Below are positions 47,326 through 56,582 of a DNA stretch of 64,000 nucleotides, piece by piece. How positions within the stretch are numbered: the stretch's first letter is position 1; each line of letters starts with the position of its first letter. The notes under the pieces were generated by a model. It did not search any database. It saw nothing but the letters and a program-made list of their open reading frames with translations, and was not told the origin of the DNA. Position numbers and translations under genes: made by a program. This DNA comes from a virus: positions 192,001 through 256,000 of the IMG/VR virus record IMGVR_UViG_3300045988_173726; one strand, given 5' to 3'.

Positions 47326-49002
47326 ATGAGAGATAAGTTTCTTGTGTGTTCATATGTTGAGGGTAGTGGATTTTTGGTTGTGTCAGAAATGTCCGCAGAG
47401 GGAGCGGTTAAGACACAGGAAGAGATAGAGCGGGAGATGGCAGGGGATGATAGCGCCGAGTATCTGTTTGTGCGGGATAAGGCAGGAGAGCTTGACTTTA
47501 GTATTGAGGCAAACGGCTTGTCTGTATATCGCGAGGGGGAAGATGGGAAGCTTACACTTGTGTCCGAGGGAAGGAATCGCATTATAGGCGTGATTGACGA
47601 GGTAATTGGAAGTAAACTTCTGTATAAGGTGATTGACGCATATGGGAAAGCATCTGTAAAAGAGCTGTCGTTTGACGAAATCGCACGGGATAACTACTTA
47701 ATCATGCCATTTATCGGTGACAGCGGAAAATACCGCTCATTTTTAGATAAGATAGAAGAGAGAAGGAGAGTAATTTCAGAAAATCCGAAGTATTTCGAGG
47801 AAGAGGCTCGTAGTCGGCTCGTAGGGCAGGATTGCGCAGTCTATACAGAGGAGCGGCAGGGTGCAGAGTTTGTGACTGTGGTTCGTTCGTTTAATCCCTG
47901 TGGTAGCGGGGTTTGTAAACTTTCAAATCGTGTGAATCATGTTTTTATAGAATTAGGTTCTTTTATTTCAGCGGGTATTCGGGTGCTGGATTTAAGTGAG
48001 TGTTCTTGTCTAACGAGATTTATTCTAACAAAGGTTAGTGTTGTTATAAGCGAATCTCCGATAACGATAATCTTTAATGAGGGGTATCATGCAGGCTTAG
48101 ACGCACGCATACATGTGGAAGGGGCGAATATTAGGTTTATCGGGCTGTCCTCGGTAAAGGAGCTGAATATTGAGAATAGCCATATAGAGGGGATTTCTGC
48201 TTTGAGGGTAACAACTGGCTCACGAGTTCATGGTGAGGTGCGGATTAAGAATAGCACAGGGTTTAATCAGCTCAAGATTGATTTAAGCGAGAATGAGGGT
48301 AAAGAGGCTCTGGCGTATATTTGTGGGGTAGACGCGAATGAGATAGAGATTATCGGGAGTGGACAGGGAATCGGGGAAACGCACTGTGTTACTGGGTTAA
48401 AGGTTGCAAAGTGTAAGGAATTGACGCGCCTTAAAGTGAGTGGAGTTGGAGTTTGCTCATTGCAGGAAATCACAAGGTCGTTTTGTGACCTTCCAAAACT
48501 TGTTAGCTTTTCTCTTTACGCACATAAGCTAAATTTTACAGTCTCACAGTATGCGAGGCAGGAGGTGTTTAATTTGACTCTTGGCTCAACTGCGCTTCGT
48601 GAGCTTATTTTGTCAGCAGAGTATACGACTCGCGGGGCTAAGTGGCTAAAGGTCGGGTATGACAGGCGGGTAGCCTTAAGCCTTCCAGATTCGCTTCGGG
48701 AGTTTGTAGTTCCGATGGATTTAACAGACGAGTGCCTTAATTTACTGGCGCTTACGAGTTCATATAAAGGTCTTTTTATGGACGGTGATAAGCTTACGCT
48801 TGACTTAGGGGATGTAGATAATCCAGATGTTTACCCGATACTTGTGAGTTCTGGTGGCAAGGCTAATTTTAGAGTTCCGTCATGTGTAGATAAGATTGTT
48901 GACACGAGCGTATATTCTTGTGACTTAAAGTTTAGGCTGTTTTTACATAGTAGGACAGAGGTAGCGGATTCTGTGGTTGAAGAGGTAGTGAGATGCGACT
49001 AG
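47326..49002 (+). CDS. Cys-motif / LRR-like paralog family, member L2
   Basis: GGGAG RBS before ATG 47326. Family motifs EARSRLVGQDCAV ... GSGVCKLSNRV ... GIRVLDLSECSCL, followed by a repetitive Leu-rich region. Confidence 0.75.
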   Translation: MRDKFLVCSYVEGSGFLVVSEMSAEGAVKTQEEIEREMAGDDSAEYLFVRDKAGELDFSIEANGLSVYREGEDGKLTLVSEGRNRIIGVIDEVIGSKLLYKVIDAYGKASVKELSFDEIARDNYLIMPFIGDSGKYRSFLDKIEERRRVISENPKYFEEEARSRLVGQDCAVYTEERQGAEFVTVVRSFNPCGSGVCKLSNRVNHVFIELGSFISAGIRVLDLSECSCLTRFILTKVSVVISESPITIIFNEGYHAGLDARIHVEGANIRFIGLSSVKELNIENSHIEGISALRVTTGSRVHGEVRIKNSTGFNQLKIDLSENEGKEALAYICGVDANEIEIIGSGQGIGETHCVTGLKVAKCKELTRLKVSGVGVCSLQEITRSFCDLPKLVSFSLYAHKLNFTVSQYARQEVFNLTLGSTALRELILSAEYTTRGAKWLKVGYDRRVALSLPDSLREFVVPMDLTDECLNLLALTSSYKGLFMDGDKLTLDLGDVDNPDVYPILVSSGGKANFRVPSCVDKIVDTSVYSCDLKFRLFLHSRTEVADSVVEEVVRCD

Positions 49003-50714
49003 AGGGAGAACTGTTCGAGGTTAAGCGCGGGATGTTCTACGCCTGTTTAGCCTGTGTAGAGGGTTATAAGGGGTCTGACGGGTTTATAGTAGTGCCGATG
49101 GTTCGGAGTAATTTACGGGAAGAGGGGTTTTCAGCCAACAGCGGGTGGGTTATTGAGAAAGGGCTTTTTAATTCAGTAGACCCGAATTTTTTAATCTTTG
49201 GCAAAACACACCAGCTTCCAGTTTATCGTGTAAGGAGTGACAGAAAGCTCTCTCTAAAGTCTAGGGGAATGGATAGGATTTTCACGGTAGGTAATAGCTT
49301 GGGGTCTCTTTGTATTACGGAGATAAATTCTGTGGGAGAGCTTTTGGTAGAGAAAGTGAATATTCCAAAGATTTTAGAAAAGCAGGCTAGTTCGGTGTTT
49401 ATAAATGTTATAAGTGGCGAAGATGTGGCTTCTGTTAAGTTTAGGGACGCGTTGATGAATAAGCTAGGGGAGTTGAGGGGTAAATTCTCTGGAGATGATT
49501 TAGGGTTATCAATAGTACAAAATGCTCTAACAAACGCGGATTGCAGTATGTTAGAGCCAATGGGTCTTAATACTTGCCTAGTTGGTTTTTATGAATGTAA
49601 AACAGGGGTCTGCCAAGTCCTTGATAGGGTAGATTATGTTAGAATTAGCATATATTCTATGATTAAGGCAGGGGTTAGGGTTCTTGACTTATCAAGATGC
49701 ACGCGGTTAAAGGAGTTTACACTGACAGGTGGGGGAAGTGGTGGCATCATTACGATTATCTTTAATGACGCATTAAGTTATAGGATGGACAGTAAGATAC
49801 AGATTTCTTCTGCGGGGGTTCGGTTTATCGGGTTAAAGCATATTGGTATTCTGGAGGCTGACGATTGCCGTATAGAGGGTATTTCAGAAATCACCTTTGC
49901 TTCTCCTAGAGATACGATAAAGTCCTGTTGTGTTAATCTTCATAAGTGTGATGGATTTGATTCATTGAAGATTAACGTAGGAAATACAGCGTTTAACTTG
50001 GAATCTTCCATTTCAATTTCTGATATAGACGCAAAAGAGATTTCAATTAAGATGCACGAGAAAAAGGTAGAAGCCGAGGATTTTGAGATAGCGCGTTGTG
50101 CTGAATTAGAGAGTCTTACAATAGACGGAGCAGGGGAGTGGTATTTTTCAGATTTAGTACAAAAGATTAGGCTGTTACCTAAGCTAAGGAGGGCAAGATT
50201 TAATTTCGATTCCTTTAATATAAACCTGATTAATAACGAGAGAGGTGCAATTTCTAACCTAAGCCTAGGCTCTACAGTATTAGAGAGTCTTAAAATTTGC
50301 GCAGATTATTCAATGGACGAATACAGTATGAGTCCAGAGATATGGTGCGATAGTAGAGTGGAATTAGATTTGCCGAGTGAGTTAATGGAGCTGATAACTA
50401 TAAAAAGGCTCACAGATATGGGTAGATTTCTACTCGCGTTTACTTGCGGTACGGTAGCACTTAAAAGAAATGGTAGAGAGGTTAGCTTAAACTTAGAGGA
50501 GCTTAGGGATTGGGATGGCTTTGATGATAACGGATGGTCTATGGTTACAAGAAACCTTTCACTGTATCCAAAGTGTGCGCAAGTAAACGGAGAGCCAGCT
50601 ATCCGTATTCCAAAGAGCATAGTGAGTTCCGTGGATAGTAATTCTGTGAATGGTTGGAAGTCTGGGACAGGCTATCGAGTTTATTTAGGAGATGAGAGAA
50701 TTGATAAGGAATGA
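48993..50714 (+). CDS. Cys-motif / LRR-like family, member L3
   Basis: Overlaps L2 by 10 nt. VQNALTNADCSML ... KTGVCQVLDRV ... GVRVLDLSRCTRL. Confidence 0.75.
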   Translation: MRLEGELFEVKRGMFYACLACVEGYKGSDGFIVVPMVRSNLREEGFSANSGWVIEKGLFNSVDPNFLIFGKTHQLPVYRVRSDRKLSLKSRGMDRIFTVGNSLGSLCITEINSVGELLVEKVNIPKILEKQASSVFINVISGEDVASVKFRDALMNKLGELRGKFSGDDLGLSIVQNALTNADCSMLEPMGLNTCLVGFYECKTGVCQVLDRVDYVRISIYSMIKAGVRVLDLSRCTRLKEFTLTGGGSGGIITIIFNDALSYRMDSKIQISSAGVRFIGLKHIGILEADDCRIEGISEITFASPRDTIKSCCVNLHKCDGFDSLKINVGNTAFNLESSISISDIDAKEISIKMHEKKVEAEDFEIARCAELESLTIDGAGEWYFSDLVQKIRLLPKLRRARFNFDSFNINLINNERGAISNLSLGSTVLESLKICADYSMDEYSMSPEIWCDSRVELDLPSELMELITIKRLTDMGRFLLAFTCGTVALKRNGREVSLNLEELRDWDGFDDNGWSMVTRNLSLYPKCAQVNGEPAIRIPKSIVSSVDSNSVNGWKSGTGYRVYLGDERIDKE

Positions 50715-50871
50715 TAAGCTGACAGGTAGAAGTAGAGCAAGTAGTACGGTATATGCGAAAGAGGTTACAGGGGAAGCTAGGAGTAAAAACTTCGTTTATC
50801 TGATTCGAGGCTTGGTCTGTGAGGCAGACGGGGAAAATTCAAGAATAGTAGGCTTTTTAGTCCAGAAATAA
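50692..50871 (+). CDS. 59-aa ORF resembling the extreme N-terminus of the L family (possible gene fragment)
   Basis: Below the track cut-off. KNFVYLIRGLVCEADGENSRIVGF resembles L11 IRFCYVAGFLCNRDADGEIKRE and L10 IVTGVLCKHKADGSPVVTH. Poor RBS spacing. Confidence 0.3.
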   Translation: MRELIRNDKLTGRSRASSTVYAKEVTGEARSKNFVYLIRGLVCEADGENSRIVGFLVQK

Positions 50872-50882
50872 ACCTGCGAGGT

Positions 50883-51305
50883 ATGGTAGGCGGTGACGAC
50901 AGCTGGTATTATATTCCGCTTGCCGTTTATGCTGAACTACTTCGCGGAGGTTTTGTGGAGCATTTTAGTCTTAATGAAAAAGAGCATAGCGAGTTTAGTC
51001 CTTATTTGTTTCCGATATTTAAGCGCAGGAACGAGGGTGAATTTGTAGTGGTCGAGGCAGGGAAGGCGATACGAGTCTATGGTTCTGATAAGACAGGTTT
51101 ATTTGGGGCATTTGATAGGCTTGGAAATAATATATCTGGAAGTGATGTGCCTTTTAGCTGGTACAGGGAGCATCTGGGGGAGTTTGCGCTGTCTACAAGC
51201 GCCTCGATGCGGCTAATGGACAAGTATGGTATGGGAGAGGCTAGATTTTACTGGTGCTTGTCTCGTTCAATAGAGAAAGAGAATTTAAGGAGGAGAAATA
51301 AGTGA
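50883..51305 (+). CDS. 140-aa protein resembling the N-terminal module of the L family, without the Cys-motif/LRR part
   Basis: SPYLFPIFKRRNEGEFVVVEAGKAIRVYGSDKTGLFG resembles L10 DLPVFIGDKEKNTLYKKGKLRVIYADRTGVAARG and L11 DLPLFIGKKKGYKVYREGKLQIFAY. Confidence 0.5.
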   Translation: MVGGDDSWYYIPLAVYAELLRGGFVEHFSLNEKEHSEFSPYLFPIFKRRNEGEFVVVEAGKAIRVYGSDKTGLFGAFDRLGNNISGSDVPFSWYREHLGEFALSTSASMRLMDKYGMGEARFYWCLSRSIEKENLRRRNK

Positions 51306-51607
51306 GTGTGTCGAATATAGAGCGCGAGACAGTGATTCTGTTTAACGAAGCAGAGGATACGGTGAGTGTATACACATTTAACCAGACTCTAAAGCGGAAG
51401 TTAGGAGATTTTAGCGAGAAGTATCCTGCACTTTGTAAAAAGACGGCAGAGGATAGCCTAGGAAGCGTGACCTATTCAGTCGCAAAGGACAGGCTTTCGA
51501 TAAGTTTACGCGCTCCGCTTAGTGAGGAGAAGAAAGAAGCGCTTCGTGAGAGAGGTAAGAAGCTGTTTGAGAGGCTTAAGGCGAAGCAGAGTCGGGAAGA
51601 GGGGTAA
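51302..51607 (+). CDS. hypothetical protein
   Basis: AAGGAGGAG RBS; GTG in a GTGA overlap; 101 aa. Confidence 0.55.
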   Translation: MSVSNIERETVILFNEAEDTVSVYTFNQTLKRKLGDFSEKYPALCKKTAEDSLGSVTYSVAKDRLSISLRAPLSEEKKEALRERGKKLFERLKAKQSREEG

Positions 51608-51612
51608 GCCGA

Positions 51613-53589
51613 ATGGATTATTCTTATAATGGACGGAAGAAAGTAGAGGTTTACGCAGTTTACGGTAAGGTGGAGAGTTCCGATGAGTATTTGCTAGCGG
51701 TAGCAGACACTCATCGTGATGGATTTCGTTTTTCAGCCTGTAAGGTATGCGGCAGTGATTATATACGGGAGTTAGCGGAGAATGGTAGACTGCTGTTTTT
51801 CCGTAATTGCGGTGATAGGCTTACATCAAGTGTTCCGAACAGTATGTTTGCTTCATTTGTTGTGGGAGAAGATGGGAAGCCCGTGCTTAAGAAGCGTGGA
51901 GTTCCGATGCTTTTATCTGTAGAGAGTGTAGTGGAAAGCACAGCTACGGTAAATCTTATCCTAGCGGACGGCACGCTGTTTCATGGGGATATTGGGGCAT
52001 GGGAGTTAGGTCGTAGGATAGTTTATCGGGGTGAAGATGTAGTCGAGGGGTCTATTCTTTCGGATGCCTATTACGAAGATACAAGCGAGGTTTTAGGGGA
52101 TAGTCTAGAGCGTTTTATGATTCGCCGTTTTGAGATTGTTGCAAAGAACGCGGAGTATAGTAAAGAGGCTTCGAGGTCTGCACTGGTCGGCGGGGCTTTT
52201 GCAGAGTACAATGGAAATGCGAGGGATGCGTTTAAGGACGAGTTTTACAAAGAAAACGGTTTATTTTGGGTTGTAACGAGCTTTTATCAGTGTTCAAATC
52301 ATGTGTGTAGGTTACCTTCTTATGTAGACGGGTTAGAGTTTAACATAGACCGTTGTATGGAGACTGGTGTAAAGGTGGTGGATGCGTCTTGTTGTGAGAA
52401 GTTGAGCTATATTAATATATTCTCCGCAAGTGGAAGGATTTATGATGAGAAAGTCACTGTAATTCTTCCCAGTAAGTTTAGGTCTATTAAGGATAAGTTA
52501 AGCCTCTACGGGGTAAGTATCGACTTTTTAGGGGCTAATATATCTGTAAAAGAGTTTTCGGCAACGGACAGTGAAGTTAAAAACATAGGTCGGGTTAAGA
52601 CGAATGGGATATACATAGCAGGAACTAGCTTTATGCAGGACGAATTAGAGGTGTCACTTGTGGGCGGGTATAGAAGTGACAGGGAAATTTTCCTAGAGGT
52701 ACCGTCCCTTGTGTTAAACATTTCTTCAAAGTATGACGGATGTATTATAGAGAGTGATAGCCTAGAGCGTTTGTCGGTATCCTGTAAGAGCGTCTGCTTA
52801 GAGAGTTTTTCCGAGTGCGTTACAGCGCAGAATCTAAAAGAAGTTCGTCTGGTTGCTGGGGAAGTGAGTTCTTTGCTCGCTGGTAGAGTAGAGGATAGGT
52901 TTCATGTGTTATTGTTTGGGTCAGAGCGTCTTTCGAGCATAAGTATCATGGCAGACAGTATAAAGGGGCGTGCGACTACTTTGTTTTGTAGGGACAGTGT
53001 GAGGGTAAACATAGAGACCAAGGACGGGAGTGAGGAGAAGGTTTGTATTTCTCCTAGGCAGTTTAGCGATAGGTTTATTAGGATATGTAGCGTGCTTGGT
53101 GGCGGCTGTATTCGGTATCATAACGGGGTATTTGCGCTGGCTTTTGACTATGATTATTCGTTTGATAAGATGGCACGGGTATTTAGGACAGAGGGAGACA
53201 AAATAATCCTAGACATACCGGAAGAAATCAAAGAGTTTAGAGGGTTTTCTAGGGATTATGAGTTTGATTTCGAGACGGTTCTGCGCTTTAACGGGGATAT
53301 AGCAATAACTGGGCAGATGGACGGGCTTAAGCCTGTTCGTATTGAGAACAGTGAGTTTATTACGAGTCTTTGTAACTATGCGTTTGCGGATTGCGAGGTA
53401 GCGAAGTTTGAGTTTAGGATAGGTGATAAGCTAAAGAGGTTGCCTGATAACTGTTTTCGGAGTTCTGGGATAAGTAGGATTTACGGGATAGAGAAGCTAG
53501 AGAGCGTATCTCCGACTGCGGTAGAGAATTGCGTATTAGATAGTGCGACCGAGAGGGAGCTAAAGGCTAAGATTCAGCGGAAGGTTTAA
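51613..53589 (+). CDS. Cys-motif / LRR-like family, member L4 (C-terminal BspA-type LRR units)
   Basis: ASRSALVGGAFAEY ... SNHVCRLPSYV ... GVKVVDASCCEKL. C-terminus IENSEFITSLCNYAFADCEVAKFEFRIGDKLKRLPDNCFRSSGISRIYG. Confidence 0.75.
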   Translation: MDYSYNGRKKVEVYAVYGKVESSDEYLLAVADTHRDGFRFSACKVCGSDYIRELAENGRLLFFRNCGDRLTSSVPNSMFASFVVGEDGKPVLKKRGVPMLLSVESVVESTATVNLILADGTLFHGDIGAWELGRRIVYRGEDVVEGSILSDAYYEDTSEVLGDSLERFMIRRFEIVAKNAEYSKEASRSALVGGAFAEYNGNARDAFKDEFYKENGLFWVVTSFYQCSNHVCRLPSYVDGLEFNIDRCMETGVKVVDASCCEKLSYINIFSASGRIYDEKVTVILPSKFRSIKDKLSLYGVSIDFLGANISVKEFSATDSEVKNIGRVKTNGIYIAGTSFMQDELEVSLVGGYRSDREIFLEVPSLVLNISSKYDGCIIESDSLERLSVSCKSVCLESFSECVTAQNLKEVRLVAGEVSSLLAGRVEDRFHVLLFGSERLSSISIMADSIKGRATTLFCRDSVRVNIETKDGSEEKVCISPRQFSDRFIRICSVLGGGCIRYHNGVFALAFDYDYSFDKMARVFRTEGDKIILDIPEEIKEFRGFSRDYEFDFETVLRFNGDIAITGQMDGLKPVRIENSEFITSLCNYAFADCEVAKFEFRIGDKLKRLPDNCFRSSGISRIYGIEKLESVSPTAVENCVLDSATERELKAKIQRKV

Positions 53590-53612
53590 GAGTTTACAGA
53601 AAGCGGGTACAA

Positions 53613-54497
53613 GTGAACGGAAGCCTGTATTTTGATTGTGCGAGTGGGTGTAGATTTAACGAAGCGCTAAGTGCCTTTACAATGAGTTATGGAGTTGCGA
53701 ATCTGCTTACGAGTGTCCCGCCATGTGATAATGGAGTTTGCGTGCTACCTTCATTTACAGACGGGATTGATTTAGACTCTGGCGACTTATCAGATATGGG
53801 GATTAAGGTTTTAGACGCTTCTAAGTGCAAGAAGTTAAAGTTTGTTAGCTTATCGGCAGGAAGGGTAGAGAACAAGGTTAGGCTAATAATGCCGAGAAAT
53901 TTATCAGATTTAAGGGTATTGATGCTGTGTGGAGTGACAGTTGATTTTAAGTCAGCAGAGTTATGGCTAGATACTCTGGCAATAGACTTATTTAGCGAGG
54001 TATCTGGAATTGAAGAGGTGCATTGTGCGAATGTGAGTATAGACAATACAGTTTGTTTTAGGCAGGATATCCTAGTGCTTAACAATGATGTAGTAACTTA
54101 TGACAACATACCTTCCATTAGCGAGGTATATAGCAGTCCTATTCGACTTAAAGTAGTGGGATTGGATAGGATTTCACAGCAGGAGATAGAGATTCAGAGT
54201 GATGAGGTAGCGGAGCTAAGTTTATTTGGTAGTATATTTGCGGTGATTCCGTTTAGTGAGGCAATAAGAGCCAAAAATCTTCGAGTTCTAAATTTAGAGG
54301 TGCAAGAGGTAAGGTCATATATGCGCGGCTATGGTAGAGAAGTTTGCGTTGGTGCTTTTGGAAATCGTCTGTTGTTCGGTTCTGATAAGCTAAAAGAGAT
54401 AAATATACGCGCAGAGAAGATAGACAGCGAGGATGAGAGAACTCTTCGCGATTATTACAGTAAGTTCGGGGTGAGATTGAGCGTAACAAGAGTTTAA
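53613..54497 (+). CDS. Cys-motif / LRR-like family, short member L5 (no N-terminal module)
   Basis: GTG start. DNGVCVLPSF ... GIKVLDASKCKKL. Confidence 0.65.
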   Translation: MNGSLYFDCASGCRFNEALSAFTMSYGVANLLTSVPPCDNGVCVLPSFTDGIDLDSGDLSDMGIKVLDASKCKKLKFVSLSAGRVENKVRLIMPRNLSDLRVLMLCGVTVDFKSAELWLDTLAIDLFSEVSGIEEVHCANVSIDNTVCFRQDILVLNNDVVTYDNIPSISEVYSSPIRLKVVGLDRISQQEIEIQSDEVAELSLFGSIFAVIPFSEAIRAKNLRVLNLEVQEVRSYMRGYGREVCVGAFGNRLLFGSDKLKEINIRAEKIDSEDERTLRDYYSKFGVRLSVTRV

Positions 54498-54529
54498 GCG
54501 GACGGTAGGAACAAAATTTGATTTAGAGA

Positions 54530-54559
54530 CGGGAGCTGATAAGTACACGCTCCCGTTTT
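54530..54559 (+). terminator. rho-independent terminator
   Basis: CGGGAGC / GCTCCCG 7-bp stem, 12-nt loop, then TTTT. Confidence 0.65.
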
Positions 54560-54878
54560 AGCGATATAAGTTTAAGTAAGAGTTTGGGCTTTATGAGGCT
54601 TATTTTGCCTCTAGCCTTATGGGGGACGAGAGTGCTGTTTTAGGGGAGTTTAACAATTAGGGGTAGAGGGGGCCGAGTAATCGGTTTAAGCGGCGTAGCG
54701 GGGCGCGTGGTGCGTCACAGGGCATGCAGAAGATGTTTGCTGGGGCAAGCGTTAGTATCGAAGCAAGTGCGGTTGTCTGGGAATCTTATGGTTCAGATAG
54801 CCCACGCAATAGCGACACAGAGGTAGGATTTAGTAAGTTGCCAGAGAGTCTAAGAGGAATTATTGTGAGGAGGGGGAG

Positions 54879-56582
54879 ATGAGCGAGCAAGAGTTTATTT
54901 TGGAGGCGAAAGAATATAGCTTTGATGAAAATAAGAAGGATTCTGTCTTTCAGATAGCGGCTATTGTTATAGCTACAGTAGGAGATGTAACGCGGCTAGG
55001 TAAATCTTTCAAGCATGGGGCTGGCGGGTTTAAGGGAGCGCTTATAACTTATTGGCAGAGCTTGGAGAACAAGGAGACAGGTGAGTTAGAGGGAAAGTAT
55101 TCTGACTATGAGTATGTTAGTGAAGCAGAGCTAGTGAAGCTATATAACGAGTCAGAGGAGCATGGTAAGCGCTATGTTTATTACGGCGAAGATGAGAACT
55201 TGTTTCCCTATAAGATTGCTGAATATGCTGTAGTGGCTACTGACGGATGGTCTGCTTTATGGTATGAGCCTATATCCTATCCTAATTATATTTCATGTGG
55301 TGACGGTAAGTATCAACTGGTAAGTGAGGGGCATATTCGGGGTTTGTTTGGTAGTTTATATGATTGTTTGAACTACGGAACAAGCGGTTTAATCGTGTCT
55401 AAGTTTGAGTATTTTGATTCAAAAGGAGTTATAAAGGAAAAGATTTGGTCTGACGAAGCTTTGATTTGGGTTCAGCGGAAGCTGTTGGTTGAGGACGACC
55501 TGTTTCTTAGCCTTAATGATAGAGAGTCTGCTTTTGTGAAGTATTGGATTAGAAAGACAGCAGAGCTTTCCACTAATGAGGAGTATGCGTTGGCTGTGGC
55601 AAGAAACAGGATAACTTATGCGGACTGTAGCGCGGAAATATATTCTGAATTTAATGCAGAATACGGGAAGTGCTTAGACGGGTTCAACCCCTGTGCCAGT
55701 GGAGTTTGTAAGCTAATTGGGGATATTGATACAGCAGAGCTTATGTTGCCACTTCCCGATGACATGCGAGTTCTGGATTTTTCAAACTGTAAGTATCTAT
55801 CAAAGATTAAGTTCGCTATGTATGAAGCTAACGCGGGGTTGCCAAAGGATAGTATAGTTCTACCTAAAGGCGGTAAAAGTATTTTGTCGGTGTTAGCGTG
55901 GGATGAAGGTGAAGATATTTCAGAGATTGGGTTGCCCTCGTATGGTGGGAGTACAATTGCGTTTATTGGGGAAGGATGGTTAAAGGCAGAGTCATTGTTC
56001 TTTAACGAGGCTGTGATTGAGGGTATATCTAAAATACAAATCATAGGGTGTGAGAATACTTCTGCTCCTTATGAGGATTATATTTGGGCTATTCATCCCG
56101 ACCCTATACGGTTTTATAGCGTGACTGGCATTCCGAATCTTGATATATGGTGCAACTATGCAAAGATTCTTTGCGGAAGAGAGGTATCGGAGGCTTTAGA
56201 CTTAACCTGTAGGATAGACATGTATAATACTGATACAGAGGTTTTGCGTATAACAGGTAACGCGCCGAATCTTGTTGTAGAGGTTAGTAACTGCGGTAAG
56301 CTTCGAGAGGTAGAGATTAAAACCGAAGGTACGGTATGTTTTACGGATATTATTAAACTGGTGAATGATAATCATTCTTTAGCGCGTGTAACTGTAAAGG
56401 CGGGTAGGCTTGTAGGTAAAGTAGACAGTTTCGAGGACTTTCCTGTTTTTAAGAAGGCTCTAAAGAGAGGGGTGCTTGTCACAGTAGAGGCAAATTCCCT
56501 ACAGATAGACGGTAAGGTATCCCTTTCGTTTGATACTGGCAAGGCAGAATCCTGCACACTTAGTTGGGGAGGAAAGAAATGA
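54879..56582 (+). CDS. Cys-motif / LRR-like family, member L6
   Basis: GAGGAGGGGG RBS. VARNRITYADCSA ... ASGVCKLIGDI ... MRVLDFSNCKYL. Confidence 0.75.
   Translation: MSEQEFILEAKEYSFDENKKDSVFQIAAIVIATVGDVTRLGKSFKHGAGGFKGALITYWQSLENKETGELEGKYSDYEYVSEAELVKLYNESEEHGKRYVYYGEDENLFPYKIAEYAVVATDGWSALWYEPISYPNYISCGDGKYQLVSEGHIRGLFGSLYDCLNYGTSGLIVSKFEYFDSKGVIKEKIWSDEALIWVQRKLLVEDDLFLSLNDRESAFVKYWIRKTAELSTNEEYALAVARNRITYADCSAEIYSEFNAEYGKCLDGFNPCASGVCKLIGDIDTAELMLPLPDDMRVLDFSNCKYLSKIKFAMYEANAGLPKDSIVLPKGGKSILSVLAWDEGEDISEIGLPSYGGSTIAFIGEGWLKAESLFFNEAVIEGISKIQIIGCENTSAPYEDYIWAIHPDPIRFYSVTGIPNLDIWCNYAKILCGREVSEALDLTCRIDMYNTDTEVLRITGNAPNLVVEVSNCGKLREVEIKTEGTVCFTDIIKLVNDNHSLARVTVKAGRLVGKVDSFEDFPVFKKALKRGVLVTVEANSLQIDGKVSLSFDTGKAESCTLSWGGKK

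Noticed and set aside
54838-54866. A TTGCCA-17-TATTGT promoter-like sequence upstream of L6.
   Set aside because: The -10 element ends only 12 nt before ATG 54879, so a transcript starting there would lack the GAGGAGGGGG RBS. It is probably fortuitous.
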